IMG/VR virus record: IMGVR_UViG_3300020438_002794
Location: 1 to 64,000 of that record
Reading direction: 5' to 3' (one strand)
Source of the DNA: a virus
DNA length: 64,000 bases
A program made the position numbers and the translations under genes. Shown piece by piece: positions 19,531-27,097 of this stretch. Every line of letters begins with the position of its first letter. Positions within the stretch are counted from its first letter, which is position 1. The notes below the pieces were generated by a model. It saw nothing but the letters and a program-made list of their open reading frames with translations. It did no database searches and was not told where the DNA came from.

Positions 19531-20825
19531 TAAAACTCACCTTTCAGTTCAGGTATACAATCTAATACATTTGTTCCTCTTATACGATCTAATTCTCTAG
19601 TAAAATGTTTGAATAATTCCCATTCTTTTTCTTTATATTTGGGATTTTTCATTGCATCTCTTAGACGATCCAGAGCATGATAGTTTTTATCCCATTTATC
19701 TAAAACACGTTGTTTAATATGAGGTGGCATATTATTGATATCCAAGTAAGCAGGCTTTGATACTAGATCTGCAAAATTATTCGGTCTTTCATATCTAGTT
19801 GGACTGTCACTGGTTCTATCAGCTATCACATGCCACCAATGATCTAAATCTCCAGTAACTCGTTCTATCCAGTCAGATAAATTTTGTAAATCAAATATAT
19901 TATATATACTGATAGCAATGCTAAAGTATCCTCTTACATTATCAAATTGATCATACCATTTTAAGTTTTGTTCCAACTGTTCAATTGTTTGTACATTACT
20001 GCCTCTGATGTACTGATAAAGATCACCAGTTGCTTCAATGCTAACATTGAGTACAACACGTTTAAAATGAGGCCATAGCCTTTTAAGTTTTTCAGGTACT
20101 CTTGTTCCATTGGTGGTGTATCCTAACGTAACATTAGGCGCACTGCCATTTGCAACCAATATCTCCAGCACTTCGTACATTCCATCCTGCATCAAAGGTT
20201 CGCCGCCTTTGAAGTCGATGCGTTCCATTTGACTAAGTTTGTCTTCCATGTTTTTATATAAACTAGGATTTATGCTTCTTACTGTAGTATTTTCTAAATG
20301 TCTTTGAAATTGTGGATTTATTTGTTGTAATTTTTTATCTTCTTTGAACCAATGTGTGCTTCCCCAACTGCCACACATTCTACACTTTAGATTGCAAGTA
20401 TTACCAAAGTTTAAGTCCATGTGTTTTAAATTCATTGGAGGATTATTTAAGTAAGCGTCGGGTCTATTTTCTATTTTTTCCAACATCCATTGTCGTCTAC
20501 TAATACCTGCGGTGCTTTCATTTTTCCAACAATCTTGACAACCCTGAGGTTTTTCTTTTGCCAACATTTGTTGTCTCATCTTTTCCATACCTTCCCAAGC
20601 ATCTTGTAGTGTATGACCTTTATATATATTCAGATGTTCAGTTTCTGCCTTCCAATCAGGAGTTCTTCCAGCTTCTTTTGCTATTCTCTGATCGGAAGTA
20701 AACTTACAACAAGGTTTAATATCTCCATTGGCGCTTAGTGTAATACTAGTCCATGGCACTATACAAGTAGGAAGATCTCCGGGCCAAGCATCACCAATTC
20801 TATACTTTTTATCAATATAGGTCAT
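19530..20825 (-). CDS. radical SAM protein, type A
   Basis: CIVPW..PCC..CQDC; CNLKCRMC; KGGEPL; TTNG. Confidence 0.93.
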   Translation of the reverse strand: MTYIDKKYRIGDAWPGDLPTCIVPWTSITLSANGDIKPCCKFTSDQRIAKEAGRTPDWKAETEHLNIYKGHTLQDAWEGMEKMRQQMLAKEKPQGCQDCWKNESTAGISRRQWMLEKIENRPDAYLNNPPMNLKHMDLNFGNTCNLKCRMCGSWGSTHWFKEDKKLQQINPQFQRHLENTTVRSINPSLYKNMEDKLSQMERIDFKGGEPLMQDGMYEVLEILVANGSAPNVTLGYTTNGTRVPEKLKRLWPHFKRVVLNVSIEATGDLYQYIRGSNVQTIEQLEQNLKWYDQFDNVRGYFSIAISIYNIFDLQNLSDWIERVTGDLDHWWHVIADRTSDSPTRYERPNNFADLVSKPAYLDINNMPPHIKQRVLDKWDKNYHALDRLRDAMKNPKYKEKEWELFKHFTRELDRIRGTNVLDCIPELKGEF

Positions 20826-22228
20826 AGTAATTCTGCTAATATAGGAAACACCTCAGGAAACTTGTTTCCCCAGTTGCGTTGTTTATTAATTAAATTTAAC
20901 CATTGTTTAGTTTCTGGAAGTCTAGCACTCCAGTCTTCTTGATTCATAAAGTTAATGATACCTTTATAACGTTTAATACCATATGGATTATTATCAAATG
21001 TTTCTTTATCAATGCCAGCTTCTTGAACACCTGTAAACCTATGCCAGTTTTCGTCTATCCAAGGATAAAATTCTTGTTCATATTTGTCTGTTACCTGTTG
21101 TTTGATATGTGCTGGTAATACTTTTAAGTTGAGTTGTGGTGGCCAATAAGCAAAGTGCATGTTAATTCCGCCTGCACCCAAGGGCCATTTGTTTATTTTC
21201 TTAAACCCTTGATCAACTTTCCACTTGACAAACTCTGGTATATAATGTACATTGAGAGCCATAATAGTAGTAGCTGTGGTAACTTCTACTTGTGGAGCAG
21301 TTTCATCCAACAACCAAAATACCTTTTCTTGGTGTTCCCATACACTGGGATAGCGTATATAATCATTGTGTTCACCGTGTGCATCTATGCTGTAGTGAAA
21401 ACGCACACGTTTAAACTCTGCCCATAGATCAAATAAATCGTCACGCCATTCAACAGCATTTGAGTTGTAGCGTAATTCAATATTTTTAGCATAACCTTGT
21501 TTAATACATTCTTCTAATAGATCGTAGTGTTGATTAATAATTAAACTTTCGCCACCAGCAAAGTACAGTTGATACATGTGCGGAACTTGTTCCATTAGTT
21601 CTTTCCAAAAGCGTGGATTGTTCATGTGCCAATTGTATGTTGCTCCGTGGTTTTTGCCTTTGTTGTGCCAGCCGCTGGTATTTTTTAATTTTTCATTGTC
21701 TATTTGTGGATAAATGCTGTTCCATTCTTTGACCCAGCCACTTGAATCATGTGGGCTACACATAACACAAGCCAGCTGACATTTTGTACCCATACGCAAA
21801 TCAATATAGCGTATTTTAGGTTCTACTCTACCGTCGGCTTCTGTAGCTTTAGCTAGATCAAATAGATCATATCTATTTCCCCAATACTCTGTCTCCCAGT
21901 TGCGTTTGCTTAAATGTCCAGCTTCTTCCTCTTTGTAGCATTTTAAACAGGGTGCTGGCTTCTCTCCACGCAACATCATTTTGCGAACATTACGCATGTA
22001 ATCCGAATTCCATGCATCAGTCAAACTGGTTGTATTAAAGTTAGCTGGAACACCGTCGTCATTTTTAACTACGCCAACTTCACCGCCGCCTACTTTTTTA
22101 TTACTGTCTGGGTCTTGAACACTGCTGGCATTTGATGTACAGCATGTTCGCATTTTGCCATCTGGTCTGCTTGATAAGTGTAACCAAGGTAACGCACAAA
22201 ATGTCGGGCTAATTTTGTCTGTTTTCAT
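20822..22228 (-). CDS. radical SAM protein, type A
   Basis: CALPW..TCC..CLKC; CQLACVMC; AGGESL; YSID. Confidence 0.93.
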   Translation of the reverse strand: MKTDKISPTFCALPWLHLSSRPDGKMRTCCTSNASSVQDPDSNKKVGGGEVGVVKNDDGVPANFNTTSLTDAWNSDYMRNVRKMMLRGEKPAPCLKCYKEEEAGHLSKRNWETEYWGNRYDLFDLAKATEADGRVEPKIRYIDLRMGTKCQLACVMCSPHDSSGWVKEWNSIYPQIDNEKLKNTSGWHNKGKNHGATYNWHMNNPRFWKELMEQVPHMYQLYFAGGESLIINQHYDLLEECIKQGYAKNIELRYNSNAVEWRDDLFDLWAEFKRVRFHYSIDAHGEHNDYIRYPSVWEHQEKVFWLLDETAPQVEVTTATTIMALNVHYIPEFVKWKVDQGFKKINKWPLGAGGINMHFAYWPPQLNLKVLPAHIKQQVTDKYEQEFYPWIDENWHRFTGVQEAGIDKETFDNNPYGIKRYKGIINFMNQEDWSARLPETKQWLNLINKQRNWGNKFPEVFPILAELL

Positions 22229-22240
22229 ATATGTATTTAA
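22229..22240 (-). promoter_or_regulatory. late promoter-like TTAAATA directly before ATG
   Basis: Minus strand TTAAATA-CATAT-ATG(22228) in the only intergenic gap inside the tandem array; no SD. Confidence 0.55.
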
Positions 22241-22243
22241 CTA

Positions 22244-23326
22244 CTATGTAAATTGTTCAGCAAAGGGATCAAATTCCGTTCCGCACTTCATAGCACATAC
22301 ACCTAATTTTCCTTGCTTTACACTGGGTAAATTCCAACTGTTTTCAATATTATTTAACAATGATCCTTGCATAACTGTGTGTAGATCATTGTTTATTACA
22401 TCAATTCCCTCTTTCCCACCAGCGAGATCAATGTGTTCCCACACTTGTTCTATACGATAATCTTTATGCCACCATTTGTACATACGACCAGCAACCCAAC
22501 AACAAGGCATTAACAATCCTTCTGCTGTAATAAAGATTGATTTTTCTTCAGCTACTTTGCATTTTATATCACAACTATCATAATAATCACGCATACTTCC
22601 ATATGTTTTTTCTATTTCTTTTTGTTTTAATAGTGCTAGATTTTGATTACTTAATTTTTTAGGCTTCTCTAATAGCTGTGTTTCAACACCTTTTCTATTT
22701 TGTGCTTGGTGTGTGTCTTTCCTCTGACTGTTGGCATTAAAGAATCTACCCGACTTTTTCTTTTGAAAGCGTTCTACTCCCCATTCTCGGGCAAGTGCTT
22801 CTGCTTCTTCAACTTGATGTTCGTTGTGTCCAAATATAATAAAGTCCCAACGAGCTCTTCCGCCTGCGTCACAAAATGCTCGCATGTTGCGTTCTACATT
22901 ATCCCATACAACATTTTGCCTATACAGATGATTAGTGTCGCTAAGACCGTCAACTGAGAATATAACGGCACCTTTCCGACCAATTGTTTTAGCAAGCGTC
23001 TGCCACCATTCAATATCTTTTGCTCCAGCATTTGTGTTCATACTTAGCCACATGTCGGCGTTGTGTTGTCTAAAATATTCAAATACTTCCAGTGTATCCT
23101 TGGCTACTATAGGATCACCCAAGTTGCCGCACATGTACATGGTGTGTAATTGTTGGATAAAGTCAGGTGTAAAGATACGTTGACAGTCGTGTAAACTTAG
23201 TTCACTATTATCTATATGGCGGTTGTCTACACCACCATTTTCATTTCTATCGCACATTGGACATGCCGCTTGACATTTTTGTGTAATTTCCAAATGTACT
23301 GTTCTAATATCTTCATAATTATACAT
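22244..23326 (-). CDS. radical SAM protein with C-terminal Cys module
   Basis: CQAACPMC, CGNLGDP, NTN, FSVDG; C-terminal C..PCC..CAMKC. Confidence 0.9.
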   Translation of the reverse strand: MYNYEDIRTVHLEITQKCQAACPMCDRNENGGVDNRHIDNSELSLHDCQRIFTPDFIQQLHTMYMCGNLGDPIVAKDTLEVFEYFRQHNADMWLSMNTNAGAKDIEWWQTLAKTIGRKGAVIFSVDGLSDTNHLYRQNVVWDNVERNMRAFCDAGGRARWDFIIFGHNEHQVEEAEALAREWGVERFQKKKSGRFFNANSQRKDTHQAQNRKGVETQLLEKPKKLSNQNLALLKQKEIEKTYGSMRDYYDSCDIKCKVAEEKSIFITAEGLLMPCCWVAGRMYKWWHKDYRIEQVWEHIDLAGGKEGIDVINNDLHTVMQGSLLNNIENSWNLPSVKQGKLGVCAMKCGTEFDPFAEQFT

Positions 23327-23543
23327 CTAATATTAGTTTCACATCCTTACCAGGACCTGTTTTGCTGGGCAGGTCTCCGTATGTATTTACATACCATTCG
23401 ATAACTGCACGGTACCATAGTTGACTGTTATGATGTGCTTGTTGATTGAATTGATGAATATTATTGTTGGTTGCCGCCATTGCACTCAATGCCCTAGCAC
23501 TTTCTATTTGTAGATCCCTAAGTTTCAGATCGTCTAGATTCAT
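23319..23543 (-). CDS. small hypothetical protein heading the radical SAM array
   Basis: 74 aa, overlaps both neighbours. Confidence 0.7.
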   Translation of the reverse strand: MNLDDLKLRDLQIESARALSAMAATNNNIHQFNQQAHHNSQLWYRAVIEWYVNTYGDLPSKTGPGKDVKLILDV

Positions 23544-24571
23544 TTCTTTCCAATCAGCATAAACCTATTATAAAGTTGTGTGTCTAATTCACCTTCATAG
23601 TATATTGTACGCATCGGATATTTCTTTTTTGCTTCTTTAACGTTTTTTACACAATTAATATGTTGTGAATTACTAAAATAATCATTTGTTTGTAAACACA
23701 CAAAAGTATCCTTAGGTAAACGCTCAAACCAAGTTTCATCCATATGTTCACAACTGGTGTTTATAACCAGGTCAGGCTGAACCCAAATTTCCACGTTGTT
23801 GCCTTCCATATTTTTAGTTCCAACTATAAAACTAGCTTCATCGTCGTAGGTGATATCATCAACATCTTGCCATACACTTTTAAACTGCCATTGGTTATTA
23901 GTTTGTACATAGTTAAAATCATCTGCCATTTGTATGCACTGAACATCTTTTTCAAGACTTAAATATTTTTTAATATCAAAATTTTGAAAGAATAACTGTG
24001 CAACAGTAGCATACCAGCCTCCGTATTGTACTACTGTGCCTAACTTGGGAGGGTGTGCTATTCCTGTTTGTTCTGTTACAATTTTTTTAAGTTCATCTAC
24101 CATCCATAACTTGCTACACATTTGTCCTCTGCTGAAATGCTCATTGAGATTTGCCTGTGTTTCCCATTTAATGCACCAACTGCTGATTCTTCTGATATAT
24201 TCGTCGTCGATGCAGTGTGCAATATAACGAGCTATCTTTCTATGCGTGACATATTTCCAGCCTATATGATGTGACATTAGTATGTTAATAAATTCTTCAC
24301 TGAATTCGATTCGTCCTCTGTTTATTTCACCAACTATTAATCTTTTTATTTTCCAAACATTACCATGTAATACTGCTTTTTTAATATTCATAAACATATC
24401 AAGTTGAGGATGATCAATATGTGTAAGGTATTCTTCAATTCCGTGTATCCAAAAGAAGTCTAACGTGGGTTTGTATATTATTAATTGTTCCCCGTCTTCA
24501 CCTTTGATTACCTTTTCTTCACCTATTAGGAGTTTACCGTCTTCGTTTATTTCGTCAAGTTGCGGCATCAA
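23540..24571 (-). CDS. class I SAM-dependent methyltransferase-like protein
   Basis: VVQYGGWYA (motif I variant), SLEKD acidic motif II, DLVINTSCEHM, RFMLIG. Confidence 0.6.
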   Translation of the reverse strand: MMPQLDEINEDGKLLIGEEKVIKGEDGEQLIIYKPTLDFFWIHGIEEYLTHIDHPQLDMFMNIKKAVLHGNVWKIKRLIVGEINRGRIEFSEEFINILMSHHIGWKYVTHRKIARYIAHCIDDEYIRRISSWCIKWETQANLNEHFSRGQMCSKLWMVDELKKIVTEQTGIAHPPKLGTVVQYGGWYATVAQLFFQNFDIKKYLSLEKDVQCIQMADDFNYVQTNNQWQFKSVWQDVDDITYDDEASFIVGTKNMEGNNVEIWVQPDLVINTSCEHMDETWFERLPKDTFVCLQTNDYFSNSQHINCVKNVKEAKKKYPMRTIYYEGELDTQLYNRFMLIGKK

Positions 24572-25259
24572 ATGTCTCCTTTAACCATTCAAAATCATTA
24601 ATTAAATTTAATGTTTTTGCATTATTTCTATATGTTCGACCAAAGTCAGTACCTTGTGTTGCACCTAGTATTGCGTATTCACCGTTCTGTCTATTAGCAC
24701 CTTTGCTTTGCCATACTTTTAATCTATACTCATTGTCAGTGTTGTCACCGTGTTCGATAATAGCACTGGCTAGTTTAGTACATTCTCTAAACGCACTGCG
24801 CCATGCATTAAAAGGATCTGTATTAAACGCTGTGATGTTACTGATTTGAAACTTGGGAACAAATGGACAACCTATACTTGTAGTCATATCCACATTCCAG
24901 TCTTTTGCATCTAATAGTGCTTTGCGTGGGAACAGCTTTGCACCACCATATCCGTACAATAGATCATTCACTGGATTTTGACTGCGCCATACAAACACAC
25001 AATCAGTTTCGTATACGCCGGGCCATTGTTCTTTGCGAGGTCCTGGTGTAAAATTAAAATTAAACTGTTCGTCTATAATAGCATCAGCATCAATAACATA
25101 AAAGTTTCTAGTTTCTGCTAGTTTTGCCGCGGCTTTGTGTGCCGCAAAAATACCTTCAACACCCTGTACACGCTTGGCGTGGGGTGCGAACAGTTGCAGT
25201 AATTCAAAATTGTCATCAGCATATGGCTCATGATAGCTAATCTGAATAACATCTAACAA
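24555..25259 (-). CDS. GT-A fold glycosyltransferase-like protein
   Basis: ISYHEP, AHKAAA, VIDAD (DxD), NPVNDLLYGYGGAK, AWRSAFRE; paralog of 47054-48031. Confidence 0.65.
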   Translation of the reverse strand: MLDVIQISYHEPYADDNFELLQLFAPHAKRVQGVEGIFAAHKAAAKLAETRNFYVIDADAIIDEQFNFNFTPGPRKEQWPGVYETDCVFVWRSQNPVNDLLYGYGGAKLFPRKALLDAKDWNVDMTTSIGCPFVPKFQISNITAFNTDPFNAWRSAFRECTKLASAIIEHGDNTDNEYRLKVWQSKGANRQNGEYAILGATQGTDFGRTYRNNAKTLNLINDFEWLKETFDAAT

Positions 25260-25283
25260 GTTTTATTTCTCCATATAACTTTT

Positions 25284-25311
25284 ATTATACATGTTAATTG
25301 TAAAATGTCAA
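25284..25311 (-). promoter_or_regulatory. consensus sigma70 promoter inside the island
   Basis: Minus strand TTGACA (25311-25306), 16 nt, TATAAT (25289-25284), then GGAG SD and TTG 25259. Confidence 0.75.
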
Positions 25312-25425
25312 CTACTCATATATAAATGGATCTTTGTCCTTTAGTTCTTTCATTTTCTTTTTACGCCATTTGTACTCTTTGTATTTGGTCCAAGGTAAAA
25401 GAATAAAATCAATTATTGTTTGCAT
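25312..25425 (-). CDS. 37-aa basic peptide ending DPFIYE (not in ORF track)
   Basis: Manual translation MQTIIDFILLPWTKYKEYKWRKKKMKELKDKDPFIYE; AAGGAG SD; overlaps the upstream stop. Confidence 0.65.
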   Translation of the reverse strand: MQTIIDFILLPWTKYKEYKWRKKKMKELKDKDPFIYE

Positions 25426-26357
25426 AGTTGCTCCTTTATATATTCTATAGTATGCATTAATCCCGCCTGTCTGTCAACAGTGGGTTCCCACCCTAAACAG
25501 TCACGGGCAAGTTGAATATCCGGACAACGTTTGTTGGGATCATCTACTGCACTGGCTTGATGCACTATTTCACTAGTACTATCAGTAAGTTCAACAATCT
25601 CTTGTGCTAATTCAATTAAACTAACTTCGTCTGGATTCCCTATATTTACAGGACCTGCATGGTCACTGTTCATAAGTTTTATTAATCCTTGTACAGTATC
25701 AGTTACATAACAAAAACTTCTAGTCTGTAGTCCATCACCGTGTACAGTGATTGGTTTATTTTGCAATGCTTGTATTATAAAATTACTAACTGCTCTACCA
25801 TCATTCAGTGCCATGTGTGGTCCATATGTGTTGAATATTCTGGCAATAGTTGTATCAGCACTGCTGATAGTACACATGGTTTCTGCTACACGCTTGCCTT
25901 CATCATAACAAGCACGTGGTCCTAGTGTGTTTACGTTGCCCCAATATGTTTCTTTTTGTGGATGTTCAAGTGGATCACCATATACTTCGCTGGTGCTTGC
26001 TTGTAGCAATCTAGCGTCAGCTTGTTCAGCCACGCTCAACATGTTGATCACACCTTCCATGTTGGTCATCAGTGTGTTCCATGCATCGCTTTGATAGTGT
26101 ACAGGACTAGCAGGGCAAGCTAAGTTGTATATTTGTTTAAGCGGATCAAACTTTCCCATTAGTTGATAATCGTGCAAGGGAATTTTTATGTCCTGTTCAA
26201 TAAAATAATAATTATTTTTTCCTCTGAACTGTAGTAAGTTATCCGCTGATCCTGTGTAATAGTTGTCCACAGCAATTACAATCTCACCTTGTGCCAACAG
26301 TTGTTTACACAATTCAGTTCCTAATAATCCTGCGGCTCCTGTTACCAATATGGTCAT
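25413..26357 (-). CDS. uxs: UDP-glucuronate decarboxylase (UDP-xylose synthase), extended SDR
   Basis: TGAAGLLG, LACPASPVHYQ, ASTSEVYGDP, YWGNVN, RACYDEGKRVAE, RIFNTYGP, QTRSFCYV, DDP..R.PDI. Confidence 0.9.
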   Translation of the reverse strand: MTILVTGAAGLLGTELCKQLLAQGEIVIAVDNYYTGSADNLLQFRGKNNYYFIEQDIKIPLHDYQLMGKFDPLKQIYNLACPASPVHYQSDAWNTLMTNMEGVINMLSVAEQADARLLQASTSEVYGDPLEHPQKETYWGNVNTLGPRACYDEGKRVAETMCTISSADTTIARIFNTYGPHMALNDGRAVSNFIIQALQNKPITVHGDGLQTRSFCYVTDTVQGLIKLMNSDHAGPVNIGNPDEVSLIELAQEIVELTDSTSEIVHQASAVDDPNKRCPDIQLARDCLGWEPTVDRQAGLMHTIEYIKEQLCKQ

Positions 26358-27097
26358 ATATACCAATATCCCAATCGTTTTAAACTGTCGATTTTTGCTG
26401 TATCTCCTAAATACTCTTGTGTGTTATCCCAATCTTTGTATGCATATTTTCCAGTCACATGAAATATATGCCAATTTTCTGCACGTTCGTAGTTGTGTCC
26501 AGTGGGAAACAATGTAGGCTCTAATAAATCTATTCGTGTTTTTGTGTGTTTGATGTGGGTATTAACAAATAATTGACAGGTACTATCGTAACCGTTAGCA
26601 TACAAGTAATCTGTATCACACATACTTATGTTTATTGGAGTTGCCCTCATTCCGTACATGCCTGTACCACAGTTGTAATCACCGTGTGCTTTTATGGGGT
26701 CGCCCAGCCAAGCATACTGCTTGACACTTTGACATATTTGTTCTGCACCATTGTTAAACATTTGTCTTATGTGAACTGTGTAATCTTTTTGTGCAACACA
26801 ATCAACATCAGTATAAAACCAATTTAATCCACACTGCATAATTTGTTGACCTACAATAAATTTATATACAAACACATGATGATCACCTTGTGGTATGTAT
26901 ACTGTGGGAACACGGCTTTGCATTGCACTATAACTTAGTGAGTCCAATGCTACATACAATAAATCGATACCCAACTGTTTGCAGTTTTCAACCCAGTTCA
27001 TAGCCAATGGTAATACTGTTTGGTCTCCCATACACCAGAACACTGTGTCTGTACCATATTTTAATTGTGTGCAATATTCTTCAATTGACTTTGGCAT
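26354..27097 (-). CDS. nucleotide-diphospho-sugar transferase (GT77-like)
   Basis: NWVENC, YVALD, FYTDVD (DxD), CGTGMY, LFPTG, IFH; ATG 27097 with AGGAG SD. Confidence 0.65.
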   Translation of the reverse strand: MPKSIEEYCTQLKYGTDTVFWCMGDQTVLPLAMNWVENCKQLGIDLLYVALDSLSYSAMQSRVPTVYIPQGDHHVFVYKFIVGQQIMQCGLNWFYTDVDCVAQKDYTVHIRQMFNNGAEQICQSVKQYAWLGDPIKAHGDYNCGTGMYGMRATPINISMCDTDYLYANGYDSTCQLFVNTHIKHTKTRIDLLEPTLFPTGHNYERAENWHIFHVTGKYAYKDWDNTQEYLGDTAKIDSLKRLGYWYI

